Positions 1 through 10,191 are shown, counted from the first letter of the stretch. The stretch: 64,000 nucleotides of DNA from Gammaproteobacteria bacterium (GCA_047601185.1 JASGJS010000001.1:1636340-1700339), one strand, 5' to 3'. The notes: generated by a model not told the origin, from the letters alone. A program made the numbers and translations.

Positions 1-106
1 CACAAAAGAAGGTAGAACAATACCAGTGGCTCCTGTTAGGTTAGCTCAAAGTCAAAAGTAAAAAAGCTGGTAAAATTTAAAGTCTAACAAGGAGAAGCTT
101 TGAGTT

Positions 107-191
107 AGATTCAGACTACAAAGATTAAAGTGGTGAGCTGTTTCCTTCTCCCCTTGTGGGAGAAGGTGCCCGAATAGGGCGGATGAGGGGG
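107..191 (+). repeat. Family-A palindromic repeat, copy A1
   Basis: Consensus read from 15 copies in this window (8 of them inside the 24.8-26.0 kb array): ..CTACAAAGATTTAAGTGGTGAGCTGTTTCCTTCTCCCC-TTGT-GGGAGAAGGTGCCCGAATAGGGCGGATGAGGGGG. It contains two hairpins, CCTTCTCCC/GGGAGAAGG and GCCC-GAATA-GGGC. Confidence 0.85.
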
Positions 192-421
192 AAAACAAAA
201 ATTCACGTCCTTGTGAATGACACCTAACGTTCCGTGCTAGATGTTAAAATCGATAATTCTTTAAGAAATCACCTGGCTCGTGACTGCATCATCCTTGCTG
301 CCGATATCCATCCATGGATTATCATCCTTGAAATGAGGCTCCTTCAATGCTCAAGTTTCCTGCGTACCAAGTGATTTCTATGGAAAGTATTAAACCATGT
401 TATGAGCGGCCAAAATGTAAG

Positions 422-769
422 TCATTGGCCAGGGGGAATGTAATGTAATGTCGATTCTATATCCAACAGTTTACCCCTCAAATTACCCAATACATCATCT
501 ACCTGTTGATTTTCGAGCGAATTTTTGATCACAACTTTCCAGTCCGCCTTTTTAACTCTCAAGCTATTCTGGATGTCTTTGAGTCGATAAAAGGTGTCTT
601 TAATTTCATCTTCATTATCTTGGCTTTGCACCAAAATAACCACTTTCTTTTTTAAGAATTGGATTTCATCCGATAGTTCTTCTAAATTTTTTTTAATCTG
701 ATCTAAATGGCTTTTTTGAGCTATCGAATGAACAGATGAAGTATCAATCTTTTTAAGTAAGTTTGCCAT
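422..769 (-). CDS. Hypothetical small Lys/Glu-rich, probably coiled-coil protein (115 aa)
   Basis: ORF 422..880 runs into repeat C1, so the N-terminal 37 codons are repeat-encoded. The internal ATG at 769 is preceded by a GGGGG Shine-Dalgarno-like run. The sequence is heptad-like and AT-rich. No family recognised. Confidence 0.35.
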   Translation of the reverse strand: MANLLKKIDTSSVHSIAQKSHLDQIKKNLEELSDEIQFLKKKVVILVQSQDNEDEIKDTFYRLKDIQNSLRVKKADWKVVIKNSLENQQVDDVLGNLRGKLLDIESTLHYIPPGQ

Positions 770-814
770 GTGCGCCCCCACGTAAATATCACTACTCTTA
801 CTATTATTATAGCG

Positions 815-1010
815 TATCCATGCCGCACATTCTAAGGCAAGCTCGATGCCCTGAATAGGCAGGAGGCGTCGTCCCCGCATGGATGCGGGGATCCAGTTGC
901 AGGAAGCAAAACTTTACATCCCTGTATTCTGGATCCCGGCGTCCATGCCGGGACGACGCCTCCTGCCTCATTTTCAGCTTAAGCCTCCCTTAGAATGTGC
1001 TAAATGGATA
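815..1010. mobile_element. Family-C nested inverted-repeat element (MITE-like), copy C1
   Basis: Outer arms are TATCCAT..GCACATTCTAAGG (815-837) and CCTTAGAATGTGC..ATGGATA (988-1010). Inner arms are GGCAGGAGGCGTCGTCCCCGCATGGATGCGGGGATCCAG (858-896) and CTGGATCCCGGCGTCCATGCCGGGACGACGCCTCCTGCC (929-967). A second copy lies at 18538-18737 with its core inverted. Confidence 0.8.
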
Positions 1011-1018
1011 CATTCTCC

Positions 1019-1654
1019 CTAAACATAAGCTGCCGTCGTCGTCATCACCTTAGAACAAATTCTCATAATAACCTTAATAAATTCAGGGAGTTCCGCAGCC
1101 CCGGCAGTTTGCGCCACGGTGGCGTGACCCAACTCCTCTTCCTGCATTTTTAGCAATATTTTAATGGTTTTTATGTCTTGTTTAGAAACTTTCTCAAGGT
1201 GATGGGATAGATGCATCACCACTTGTTTTTCAGTTTCGGCGACAAAGCCTAAATTCCAAGGATCCCCCAATAAACCTGCCAATAAACCAATTAAAAAAGA
1301 CCCGCCATACCAAACGGGATTTAAATAACTCGGATGAGAATGGAGTTCTTGTAAGCGTTGATGACACCAAGCTAAATGGTCATTTTCCTCTTCAGCAGCA
1401 TGTTGCAGCGCTTTGCGGTTCGCTGTTTGTCTAGCCGTTAGAGCTTGTGCACGATACAGGGCTTGCGCACTGATCTCACCGGCATGATTGACACGCATTA
1501 ACCGCGCGCTTAATTTTCGATCTGATGCGGGAAGTGTCATTACTGGTTCATCACCAGCAGGATAAGGGCGATGAGAGATCGCAGGACCGAGCACTGTTTT
1601 AAGGGTTTGATCGAGGTGGATAATGCAACGATCTAAAAAATTTAAGTGTCTCAT
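1019..1654 (-). CDS. coq7: Demethoxyubiquinone hydroxylase, COQ7 family (di-iron carboxylate)
   Basis: Two ExxH di-iron motifs (AAEEENDHLAW, MQEEELGHA) and typical length. Start moved from 1678 to ATG 1654, which has an AGGA Shine-Dalgarno 5 nt upstream. Confidence 0.85.
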   Translation of the reverse strand: MRHLNFLDRCIIHLDQTLKTVLGPAISHRPYPAGDEPVMTLPASDRKLSARLMRVNHAGEISAQALYRAQALTARQTANRKALQHAAEEENDHLAWCHQRLQELHSHPSYLNPVWYGGSFLIGLLAGLLGDPWNLGFVAETEKQVVMHLSHHLEKVSKQDIKTIKILLKMQEEELGHATVAQTAGAAELPEFIKVIMRICSKVMTTTAAYV

Positions 1655-1712
1655 AAAAATCCTGCAACTCTTCAGCATATTTAAGGATGGAGTTCATATA
1701 GCACATAACTTT

Positions 1713-1945
1713 CTACCTCGACGTCCCGCCTACGGCTAGCTTTAAGCGGGCTAGCAGCCCGCGCTCCCAAGCTCGAGCCTTTGCAAAGCTTTGAGAAATA
1801 TCTTACTTGGAAGCAAAGTTAATCTTTTAGATTTTTGTTCCGGCAAAGCAAGTTTTTCTATGGCTGTTATTTTATAGAAGCTCGAGCCTGGGAGCGCGGG
1901 CTGCTAGCCCGCTTAAAGCTAGCCGTAGGCGGGACGTTGAGGTAG
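1713..1945. mobile_element. Family-B MITE/REPIN-like element, copy B1 (long-arm variant)
   Basis: 66-nt arms CTACCTCGACGTCCCGCCTACGGCTAGCTTTAAGCGGGCTAGCAGCCCGCGCTCCCAAGCTCGAGCC and its reverse complement, with 2 mismatches, around a ~100-bp AT-rich spacer. Confidence 0.9.
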
Positions 1946-1969
1946 CGGCTCTCATATGCAAGTATCGAA

Positions 1970-2557
1970 TCAGTGCTTTTTTCGATAAAAATCATGCCAC
2001 TTTTTAACTGCTTCTTTCAGCGCTGCAAGATCCCCCACATTCTCAATCACATCCTGAGCAATAGCCAAACGCTGCTCTCGTTGCGTTTGAGCGGCTAAAA
2101 GTTGATCTATCTCTATCGTGGATAGCGTGTCTCTCTCTTGCAATCGCTGTCGTTGTAATTCAAGCGGCATATCAACCAATAATATTCTATCCACTAAATG
2201 CTGCGCAGCAGCAACTTCTGTCAATAACGGAATTACCAAAATACAGTAAGGCGCTTGTAGCGTTTCCAATTGCCGCTGCATCTCCTGCAAAATCAGTGGA
2301 TGCAATAAATGTTCTAACCACTGACGTTGTGCAGGCTCTGCAAAAATAATCTTTCGTAACGCTTTTTTATCGAGCTCGTCGTGCTTAAAAACTTTCTGCC
2401 CAAAATGTTGCGAAATAGCCCGTGAGACGTCGGGCTGCTTTAAGACATCGTGTGCAATAACATCTGCATCAATCACCGGAACGCCTAATTCATTAAAAAA
2501 TTGCGCCGCAGTAGACTTGCCTGTGGCAATCCCCCCTGTCAAACCGACTTTTAACAT
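1970..2557 (-). CDS. coaE: Dephospho-CoA kinase
   Basis: P-loop GLTGGIATGKST at the N-terminus; ~195 aa. Start taken at ATG 2557 (MLKVGLTGG), 1 nt after the stop of the upstream gene. Confidence 0.9.
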   Translation of the reverse strand: MLKVGLTGGIATGKSTAAQFFNELGVPVIDADVIAHDVLKQPDVSRAISQHFGQKVFKHDELDKKALRKIIFAEPAQRQWLEHLLHPLILQEMQRQLETLQAPYCILVIPLLTEVAAAQHLVDRILLVDMPLELQRQRLQERDTLSTIEIDQLLAAQTQREQRLAIAQDVIENVGDLAALKEAVKKWHDFYRKKH

Positions 2558-2558
2558 G

Positions 2559-3677
2559 CTAAACGTCGCTGATTCTGACAATCAATTGGCTCGCTTTGGT
2601 TTTATTTTGTAACGCAGCGATGAGATCGTGGAGGCGTTGCGCATTGGGTGCAAATATTCTTAGTTGTATTAATGATTCTTGATCTTGACGTAACCCCGCT
2701 TGAAAGCGCGGGATTTCAAAACTTCCACCAAAATGCATAATTAAATCTAACACTTGATTAATTTTGCCATCGTCTAATAAATGGCCTTGCAGTTCGATTA
2801 GGCAATCTACAATCGTAGATTTAAAGGCTGAAGTTGCTGCCGTGCGAGCAGGCACAGTTTGAGTCAGGCGTAAACTTAAACACTTTGCTGCACCGCCTGC
2901 CAACATAAATTCCGTTAAGGGAGTTTCTAACACTTTAAATCCCCATGCTTGCATTTTTTGCACGAATTCTGCAGTCGGATGATTACAAATAAAAACATCA
3001 TCCAGCACCACACCGTTACAAGTAAAATTTAAAGCGTCTTCATCACTGACTTCTAAACGATGGCTAGCAGGAATTCGATCTGCAATCGCTTTTAAGGAAG
3101 CGTCATCAAAGGCCGGTGGATAATAAAGCACTCGACCGCCTGGTAATGGAGAAAAACAGGTATCGAGATGATAAAAACGTTTATCGACTAAATACAAAGA
3201 CACCACTTCAACGTCTAAAATTTCGCACAAACGGCGATGCACTTCTAACGAACTGCGCACACCATAACCCGCCCACAGTAAAGGTTGTCCCGGCTGAAAT
3301 AGCGCGTCACCTTCTCCTTCAAAAGTGCCATCCACCCCGAGTTCCACAATTTTATACCCTTGCTGTTGAAACCATTCGATAAAATGGCATTCTTCCAAGC
3401 GTCTTTGTGGGAAACGAAACACTGAGGGGATAAAAATATCGTTGAGCACTAACCCCGCATTTGCTACGAAAGGCATATCCGGCAAATCTGATACTGGGGG
3501 AATTAGTGCTACGGAAGTATGGGCAGCCACCAATTCATATAATTTTTGCCATTGCGCTGCAGCAACATCAGCTTTAGCTTGACCAATATGGCCTTCCATC
3601 CAAGGATTGATGACATATTCCACCCCGAAATATTGTGGAAGACACATGGCCCATTGAGAAGCGATTTGTTTTTGCAT
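2559..3677 (-). CDS. Amidinotransferase / guanidino-group-modifying enzyme family protein with ~95-aa C-terminal extra domain
   Basis: The ~270-aa core ends in the catalytic-Cys motif GGAAKCLSLRL. It also has FYHLDTCF and EGEGDAL motifs typical of the DDAH/arginine deiminase/amidinotransferase fold. The C-terminal segment LIELQGHLLDDGKINQVLDLI..GGSFEI.. is a separate small domain. Confidence 0.7.
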   Translation of the reverse strand: MQKQIASQWAMCLPQYFGVEYVINPWMEGHIGQAKADVAAAQWQKLYELVAAHTSVALIPPVSDLPDMPFVANAGLVLNDIFIPSVFRFPQRRLEECHFIEWFQQQGYKIVELGVDGTFEGEGDALFQPGQPLLWAGYGVRSSLEVHRRLCEILDVEVVSLYLVDKRFYHLDTCFSPLPGGRVLYYPPAFDDASLKAIADRIPASHRLEVSDEDALNFTCNGVVLDDVFICNHPTAEFVQKMQAWGFKVLETPLTEFMLAGGAAKCLSLRLTQTVPARTAATSAFKSTIVDCLIELQGHLLDDGKINQVLDLIMHFGGSFEIPRFQAGLRQDQESLIQLRIFAPNAQRLHDLIAALQNKTKASQLIVRISDV

Positions 3678-3731
3678 AGTTGACTCTAATTTTTTAGGGA
3701 TTTTAATAGTCTACCCAATGTTTTAAAGGTT

Positions 3732-4751
3732 TTAAAGCCCCTTTGAGGATAAAGACCATCGCGGCAGCACCTCGATTGCTAATCCCACATCCTGTTGACC
3801 GGCCTGCAACCGACGGTAACCCGCATAAGCAATCATCGCTCCATTGTCGGTACAGAATTCCATCCGCGGAAAAAATACCTGAAAGGCGTGCTCTTGCGCA
3901 GTTTGCTGCAGTCCTGCGCGTAAAGCAGTATTGGCGCCTACCCCGCCTGCCACCACTAACGTTTTTAAACCCGTCGCTTGCATTGCGCGCTTGCATTTGA
4001 CGATTAAAGTTTCAACCACGGCCTCTTCAAACGCTTTGGCAATGTCTGCTTGAGTTTGTGTGTCGGTTGGATGCGCACGTAATACTTGACTGACATGGGT
4101 TTTGAGGCCGCTGAAACTAAAATCGAGCCCAGGGCGATCTACCATCGGTCTTGGGAAATGAAAACGTGCAGAATTGCCTTGTTGTGCCAATTTAGCCAAT
4201 AAGGCCCCACCCGGATATGGCAAGCCCATCAGTTTGGCAGTTTTATCAAAGGCTTCACCCACCGCGTCATCCAACGTTTCACCCAATATTTCGTAATCAC
4301 CAAATTGTTGTATCTTAATCAATAACGTATGGCCACCAGAAACGAGAAGGGCTAAAAAGGGAAATGCGGGCGCAGGATGCTCGAGCAATGCAGCTAAGAT
4401 ATGCCCTTCTAAATGATGAACGCCTACAGTAGGCACTTGCCAAGCCCAGCCTAAACTGCGGGCAAATGCAGCCCCTACCAGTAAAGCCCCCATCAGACCA
4501 GGGCCTTTGGTGTAAGCAATTCCGGTGATATCTGCAGGCGTTAATTCTGTTTGTCGCAAAATGTCTTTGATCTGGGGCAGGAGACGACTGACATGATCGC
4601 GCGAAGCCAGTTCAGGCACCACGCCTCCGTATTGGGCATGTAAATCCGCCTGGCTGTAGAGGCGATGGGCAACTAATCCTTGGTCAGCGGTATAAATCGC
4701 CACCCCTGTTTCATCGCAAGACGTTTCAATACCGAGAATTTTGGCGGTCAT
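3732..4751 (-). CDS. tsaD: tRNA N6-adenosine threonylcarbamoyltransferase TsaD
   Basis: [15 protein letters not shown]-terminus, HHLEGH metal motif, 339 aa. Collinear with E. coli TsaD as I recall it. Confidence 0.95.
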   Translation of the reverse strand: MTAKILGIETSCDETGVAIYTADQGLVAHRLYSQADLHAQYGGVVPELASRDHVSRLLPQIKDILRQTELTPADITGIAYTKGPGLMGALLVGAAFARSLGWAWQVPTVGVHHLEGHILAALLEHPAPAFPFLALLVSGGHTLLIKIQQFGDYEILGETLDDAVGEAFDKTAKLMGLPYPGGALLAKLAQQGNSARFHFPRPMVDRPGLDFSFSGLKTHVSQVLRAHPTDTQTQADIAKAFEEAVVETLIVKCKRAMQATGLKTLVVAGGVGANTALRAGLQQTAQEHAFQVFFPRMEFCTDNGAMIAYAGYRRLQAGQQDVGLAIEVLPRWSLSSKGL

Positions 4752-4820
4752 TGTGGTTGCTTTAATTGAGTACTAAGGTTAAAGTTTCGTTTAATAATAT
4801 AACATAAAATAGGAATAACA

Positions 4821-5495
4821 ATGGAAACTGCACAAAAGACTTGGCAAACAGTATTGGCTGACGAAAAACATCAGCCCTATTTTCAGAATATTTTACAGTT
4901 TTTAAAAGAAGAACAAGCCAAAGGAAAAACCATTTATCCCAAATCGTCAGATATTTTTAACGCTTTTCGTTATACACCTTTTGAAAACGTAAAAGTCGTT
5001 ATATTAGGACAAGATCCTTACCACGGCTATCATCAAGCGCATGGGTTGTGCTTTTCTGTGCAACCTGGAACTGCCTCACCTCCATCTTTACAAAATATTT
5101 TTAAAGAACTACATGCCGACTTGGGTATTCCAATTCAACGTCAGGGTCATTTAGAAAAATGGGCACAGCAGGGTGTGTTATTATTGAACACCGTATTAAC
5201 CGTTGAAGCCGGTAAGCCACAATCCCACGCCAACATTGGCTGGGAAATTTTCACTGATACAGTGATTCGAACGTTAAACACAGAAAAAGAAGGATTGATT
5301 TTTCTGTTGTGGGGAAGCCCAGCCCAGAAAAAAGCTGAATTGGTCGACGCCAGCAAACATTATATCCTAAAAGCCCCACACCCTTCTCCCTTCTCCGCCC
5401 ATCGAGGGTTTTTTGGTTGTCAGCATTTTTCTAAAACTAATCTGTTGCTAAAACAACAAGGTTTGCAGGAAATTGATTGGGATTTGTCTAAATAA
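4821..5495 (+). CDS. ung: Uracil-DNA glycosylase
   Basis: GQDPYH catalytic motif and a HPSPFSA (HPSPLS-type) leucine-loop motif; 224 aa. Confidence 0.95.
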   Translation: METAQKTWQTVLADEKHQPYFQNILQFLKEEQAKGKTIYPKSSDIFNAFRYTPFENVKVVILGQDPYHGYHQAHGLCFSVQPGTASPPSLQNIFKELHADLGIPIQRQGHLEKWAQQGVLLLNTVLTVEAGKPQSHANIGWEIFTDTVIRTLNTEKEGLIFLLWGSPAQKKAELVDASKHYILKAPHPSPFSAHRGFFGCQHFSKTNLLLKQQGLQEIDWDLSK

Positions 5496-5498
5496 GTT

Positions 5499-5516
5499 CC
5501 CCCTCATCCGCCTATA
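5499..5516 (-). repeat. Family-A repeat, truncated copy A2 (terminal 18 nt only)
   Basis: CCCCCTCATCCGCCTAT, 4 nt after the ung stop. It forms an inverted pair with the end of A3 at 5945-5961. Confidence 0.6.
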
Positions 5517-5651
5517 TGTCATTTAAACGCAAAAGAATTAGCTCGCAATAGTATAATCTGCAATACATTTAACAAAATAAGCAAACAAAGTGCCAACACT
5601 GAAGCTGGGAGAAAAAATCTTTCGGCAGCTTTATTCCAAATACTCTCTGAG

Positions 5652-5858
5652 ATGGCCACAGCAAACAATTTAACGTTATCTCTAAGCCATGCAGACTTTA
5701 AACAAATTTCTAAAACTGTTGATGAGAAACTCGAATCTAAAGGACGACAAATTGTCGAGAGGACCCAGCAGCAAAGTCTGGACCTGGCACAAAACGCTGA
5801 AAGGCAAAAGACCTGGGCAGCATTTATTTTGTTTGTAATGCGGATGAGCCATTTATAG
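5652..5858 (+). CDS. Hypothetical 68-aa ORF (doubtful)
   Basis: It is the only ORF in the 5.5-5.98 kb gap. No recognisable Shine-Dalgarno sequence or family. The gap is flanked by family-A termini. Confidence 0.15.
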   Translation: MATANNLTLSLSHADFKQISKTVDEKLESKGRQIVERTQQQSLDLAQNAERQKTWAAFILFVMRMSHL

Positions 5859-5896
5859 GCGTCGAGTTAAGAAGTATTTGAGGCTTGAGAAACGCT

Positions 5897-5961
5897 TGAA
5901 GCTTGATGTGGTGCCTTCTCCCCTCCGTGGGAGAAGGTGCCCGATAGGGCGGATGAGGGGG
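5897..5961 (+). repeat. Family-A repeat, copy A3
   Basis: GAAGCTTGATGTGGTGCCTTCTCCCCTCCGTGGGAGAAGGTGCCCGATAGGGCGGATGAGGGGG. It ends 19 nt before the dnaE stop codon. Confidence 0.85.
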
Positions 5962-5979
5962 AAAAATTTTTACACACCC

Positions 5980-8900
5980 TCAATAATTAAACTCAGCGCT
6001 CAAGCACAACCCTTTCAAGCCCTCTAATAAACTTTCGGTAGGATGCACCCGCCATTTTTCGCTTAAATTCAAATGCGCTGAAGCCTCTAGCGTTTCACAT
6101 TTAGCGAATATTAGGCATTGGTCACCCGCATGTTGCTGTAGCAGAGACTCAAACTGCGCTAACCACTGCACATTCATCTGAGATTGTGCAATAGTAATCT
6201 GTACATTTTTTGCAAACTTTTTCCTCGCTTCATCCAAACTATAAATTTCTCTAGCGGCTAATTTATAGCTTTCCGTTAATTCATCCACACTAACTTCCCC
6301 TTCAATCACCAATAATTGATCTTTCACCAATAAATGTCGATAAGTATCGAAAAGCTGTGGGAAAATAATGGTATCGATTTGGCCGGTTTGATCTTCTAGT
6401 AGTAAACTCGCCATGCGTCCACCGGACTTCGTTTGCATCACACGCAACGCAGTGACATAGCCTGCCGTTAATACCGTGGCGTTACGAGATTGTGGACGCC
6501 CTTCGGTTCGAGCCGTCACGGTGGGGCGCAAGGCATGAATCGTCGCGTCGATAAAACAGGCTAACTCTTTGGTGTATCGCGCGATGGGATGACCGCTGAC
6601 ATACCAACCTAAGGTTTCTTTTTCTGACAAGAGCCGCTGCGATTCTGACCAAGCGGGGGCTTTCACATATAAAGTCGTTTGAACTGCGGTATGATCATCC
6701 AACAAATCTGAAAATAAATCGCTTTGACCTTTATGTCTGCTATGCTGCTCAGCTGCTTGTAATGCAATATCTAAAGATGCCATCAGCACGGAACGTTCTT
6801 GCTGAAAATCGTCTAACGCGCCAGCACAGATTAACGCTTCTAAGACTTTGCGATTGACTTTACGGGTCTCAACCCGTTGACAGAACGAAAATAAATCGGT
6901 AAAAGACCCTTGCTGTTTTCTGGTTAACAAAATACTGTCTAATGCAGCACTGCCAACGCCTTTAATAGCACCTAATCCATAGACAATTTCACCTGCGGTA
7001 TTCACTGTAAAACGATACTGACTGGTGTTAATTGAAGGCGGTAAAATTTTCAATCCTATCGCTGCGCAATCTCGTAAAATTTTAACAACTTTTTCGGTAT
7101 GATCCATATCGGAAGACAATACTGCTGCCATATATTCTGCGGGATAATGTGCTTTTAACCACGCAGTTTGATAAGACAGTAACGCATAAGCGGCAGAATG
7201 CGATTTGTTGAAACCATAATCTGCGAATTTTTCCATTAAACTGAAAATATCATTGGCCGTATGCGCTTTCACGCCATTTTTTTCTGCCCCTTCCACGAAA
7301 ATCGCACGCTGTCTGGCCATTTCTTCATTTTTCTTTTTACCCATGGCACGTCTTAAAATATCGGCGCCACCGAGTGTATACCCTGCTAATACCTGCGCAA
7401 TTTGCATCACTTGTTCTTGGTATAAAATGATGCCGTAAGTTGGACGTAAAATAGGTTCTAATAAGGGATGGGGATAAATGACTTTAGACCGCCCGTGCTT
7501 TCGATTTAAAAAATCATCGACCATGCCAGAACCTAACGGGCCTGGACGGCCTAACGCTTGAAGCGCTACAATATCTTCAAAATGATCAGGTGCTAATTTT
7601 CGCAATAAATCTTTATACACGCGTGATTCAAATTGAAACACGGCGGTGGTTTGACACGCTTTGAATAAAGTGTAAGTCGTAGGATCATCTAACGGAATGG
7701 TATTAATATCGATCGCGGGCTCGTTATGACTAGCACGTTTTGCATTAATGGTTTGTAGCGCCCAATCCATGATGGTTAATGTGCGTAATCCTAAAAAGTC
7801 GAATTTCACTAAGCCCACGGCTTCGACATCGTCTTTATCGAATTGAGTGATACGATTCTCACCTCCTGGTTCGCAGTATAGCGGTGTAAAATCAGTTAAA
7901 TCTGATGAACCAATCACCAAACCGCCCGCATGTTTACCGACATTACGCGGCACACCTTCCAATTTGATCGCCAAATCAATTAATATTTTAATCTCTTCTT
8001 CTTGCTGATAACGTTGCATCAGGAGCGGCTCATCTAACAACGCTTTTTGCAAGGTCATACCTAATTCGAACGGAATGAGTTTGGCAATTTTATCGACGAA
8101 ACCATAAGGATGCCCCAATACCCTACCCACATCACGCACGACCGCACGCGCCGCCATGGTGCCATAGGTAATGATCTGCGCCACTTTTTCGCGACCATAT
8201 TTTTGCATCACATAGTCAATGACTTTGTCGCGGCCTTCCATACAAAAATCGATATCGAAGTCGGGCATGGAGATACGTTCAGGATTCAAAAATCGCTCGA
8301 ACAGCAGATCATGTTGCAAAGGATCAATATCGGTAATGCCTAACGCATAAGCCACTAATGAGCCTGCACCCGAACCTCGCCCCGGGCCGACGAAAATCGC
8401 TTGAGATTTAGCCCAACGGATAAAATCAGCCACAATCAAAAAATAACCGGTGAAGCCCATCTCTTGAATGACTTTAACTTCCAAATCGAGGCGTTGTTGA
8501 TAAACCGCTGCAGACTCGACCGTTTGTTGCTTTAACCGATCAGCTAAGCCCGCTTGAGTGGATTGTTTAAAAAAATCATCGACGGTTAAATGATTGGGAA
8601 CAGGAAAAGACGGTAGAAAACTTTTACCTAAAGTTAATTCTAAATTGCAACGTTTGGCGATTTCGACGGTATTGATCAGCGCAGCGGGAATATCGGCAAA
8701 TAAAGCTTCCATCTCAGCAGCTGAACGTAAATATTGTTGGTCCGTATAATTTTTCTGACGCTTCTCATCGTTTAATGTCCAACCGCCATGAATGCACACT
8801 CTGGCTTCATGCGCTTCAAAATCTTCTTTACTGAGAAATCGCACAGCATTCGTTGCCACCACAGGCACTTGATAAGAACTCGCTAATTTTAAAGCGCCAG

Positions 8901-9447
8901 CAATATACACTGCTTCATGACTATGCCCCACTCGCTGCAATTCTAAATAAAAACGCTTAGGAAATACTGTTTGCCATTCTTGTAATAATTGTTCTGCCAA
9001 TGAAAAATGTTGCGCAATAATCGCTTGACCAATATCGCCTTCACCCGCACCCGACAAGGCAATTAATCCCTCTGAATATTCTTTTAACCAATTTTTCTCG
9101 ATTCTGGGATGTTTACTGGTTTGACCTTCTAAATAAGCGCGTGTCATCAAACGGGTTAAATTTCGATAGCCAGTTTGATTTTGACAGAATAACAACAGCC
9201 GAAAAAATTTATTTCTATCTGCAGGATCTTGAACCGTCAAAGCTGCACCAACCAGAGGTTTAATCCCTGCTTGCAAAGCCGCACGATAAAATTTTACTAA
9301 CGCAAATAAATTATTGTGATCGGTAATGGCAACCGCGGGCATTTTCTGCTCAGATAAAGTTTTCATGAGCTGTTTAACATCAATCAGCCCATCGACCAAT
9401 GAAAACTCTGTATGCACATTTAAATGTACAAAAGACAGATTAGGCAT
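5980..9447 (-). CDS. dnaE: DNA polymerase III alpha subunit
   Basis: 1155 aa. The PHP-domain N-terminus [16 protein letters not shown] aligns with E. coli MSEPRFVHLRVHSDYS. The ORF also has an upstream GTG at 9459; ATG 9447 is preferred. Confidence 0.95.
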   Translation of the reverse strand: MPNLSFVHLNVHTEFSLVDGLIDVKQLMKTLSEQKMPAVAITDHNNLFALVKFYRAALQAGIKPLVGAALTVQDPADRNKFFRLLLFCQNQTGYRNLTRLMTRAYLEGQTSKHPRIEKNWLKEYSEGLIALSGAGEGDIGQAIIAQHFSLAEQLLQEWQTVFPKRFYLELQRVGHSHEAVYIAGALKLASSYQVPVVATNAVRFLSKEDFEAHEARVCIHGGWTLNDEKRQKNYTDQQYLRSAAEMEALFADIPAALINTVEIAKRCNLELTLGKSFLPSFPVPNHLTVDDFFKQSTQAGLADRLKQQTVESAAVYQQRLDLEVKVIQEMGFTGYFLIVADFIRWAKSQAIFVGPGRGSGAGSLVAYALGITDIDPLQHDLLFERFLNPERISMPDFDIDFCMEGRDKVIDYVMQKYGREKVAQIITYGTMAARAVVRDVGRVLGHPYGFVDKIAKLIPFELGMTLQKALLDEPLLMQRYQQEEEIKILIDLAIKLEGVPRNVGKHAGGLVIGSSDLTDFTPLYCEPGGENRITQFDKDDVEAVGLVKFDFLGLRTLTIMDWALQTINAKRASHNEPAIDINTIPLDDPTTYTLFKACQTTAVFQFESRVYKDLLRKLAPDHFEDIVALQALGRPGPLGSGMVDDFLNRKHGRSKVIYPHPLLEPILRPTYGIILYQEQVMQIAQVLAGYTLGGADILRRAMGKKKNEEMARQRAIFVEGAEKNGVKAHTANDIFSLMEKFADYGFNKSHSAAYALLSYQTAWLKAHYPAEYMAAVLSSDMDHTEKVVKILRDCAAIGLKILPPSINTSQYRFTVNTAGEIVYGLGAIKGVGSAALDSILLTRKQQGSFTDLFSFCQRVETRKVNRKVLEALICAGALDDFQQERSVLMASLDIALQAAEQHSRHKGQSDLFSDLLDDHTAVQTTLYVKAPAWSESQRLLSEKETLGWYVSGHPIARYTKELACFIDATIHALRPTVTARTEGRPQSRNATVLTAGYVTALRVMQTKSGGRMASLLLEDQTGQIDTIIFPQLFDTYRHLLVKDQLLVIEGEVSVDELTESYKLAAREIYSLDEARKKFAKNVQITIAQSQMNVQWLAQFESLLQQHAGDQCLIFAKCETLEASAHLNLSEKWRVHPTESLLEGLKGLCLSAEFNY

Positions 9448-10054
9448 CGACTTCTTCACCTAGAAATGAACGTCTATGTATGTCACAAGGGCCAAACTTT
9501 GCCAAGGCGGCTTTGTGTTGACGCGTGCCATAGCCTTTATGTTGTTCAAAACCATAGTGAGGATAGCGCTCTGCCCATTGTATCATTTCTCTATCGCGTA
9601 ACACTTTAGCGACAATGGATGCAGCGCCTATAGCAGCAATTTTTTGATCCCCTTTCACGATGGTTTTGGTTGTATAAGGTAATACCGGCGCGTGCAAACC
9701 ATCGACCCAGACGGTTTCTGGAATAACAGATAAAGCTAAAACTGCGCGTTGCATCGCCAATAAACTCGCATGAAAAATATTCAATTGCTCAATTTCTTTT
9801 ACCTCGGCACGACCTGTTGCCCAAGCAATTGCAGATTCTTGAATTTTATTAAACAACACTTCTCGCTGGTTAGGCGTTAATTGTTTGGAATCATTCAGGC
9901 CTATAATCGGTTTTTTAGGATCTAAGATGACTGCGGCTGCCCAAACAGGGCCGGCTAATGGTCCTCGTCCCACTTCATCAACACCTGCCATCAATGAAGG
10001 TGTGTCCCAAGAGAGTTCGGTTTTTTTAGGTTTTTTTTGAGTCGTGTTTTTCAT
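9440..10054 (-). CDS. rnhB: Ribonuclease HII
   Basis: [14 protein letters not shown] active-site motif; 204 aa. It overlaps the dnaE start, matching the conserved rnhB-dnaE order. Confidence 0.95.
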   Translation of the reverse strand: MKNTTQKKPKKTELSWDTPSLMAGVDEVGRGPLAGPVWAAAVILDPKKPIIGLNDSKQLTPNQREVLFNKIQESAIAWATGRAEVKEIEQLNIFHASLLAMQRAVLALSVIPETVWVDGLHAPVLPYTTKTIVKGDQKIAAIGAASIVAKVLRDREMIQWAERYPHYGFEQHKGYGTRQHKAALAKFGPCDIHRRSFLGEEVDA

Positions 10055-10083
10055 ACTATCATCATGATTAAAATCTTTTTAAT

Positions 10084-10160
10084 CCCCCTCATCCGGCCTA
10101 TTCGGCCACCTTCTCCCACGGGAGGAGAAGGAAACAGCTCGCCACTTAAATCTTTGTAGC
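10084..10160 (-). repeat. Family-A repeat, copy A4
   Basis: CCCCCTCATCCGGCCTATTCGGCCACCTTCTCCCACGGGAGGAGAAGGAAACAGCTCGCCACTTAAATCTTTGTAG, downstream of the M20 peptidase gene. Confidence 0.85.
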
Positions 10161-10191
10161 ACCTAAATATCGAGCCTTATGTTGTTCTTTC

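Noticed and set aside
1-60. Possible 3-prime end of a plus-strand gene at the window edge (..QKKVEQYQWLLLG*).
   Set aside because: Only about 14 codons are visible, so there is no way to support a call.
200-420. Possible ncRNA or pseudogene in the 200-420 gap and other repeat-free gaps (47762-47933, 57277-57400).
   Set aside because: I found no match to the conserved cores of tmRNA, RNase P, 4.5S, 6S or common riboswitches that I can recall. No convincing structure or ORF remnant was seen.
3116-3996. Antisense or embedded ORFs in the track. Examples: 3116-3382, 3703-3996, 3743-4000, 5147-5356, 7253-7438, 8110-8343, 10577-10798, 11246-11458, 12216-12401, 14548-14994, 20011-20346, 27234-27461, 35010-35390, 40782-41102, 49086-49499, 55362-55703, 62625-63056, 63255-63644.
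   Set aside because: Each lies wholly inside, and opposite to or out of frame with, a gene with strong family-level support. They have skewed low-complexity composition and no independent start signals.
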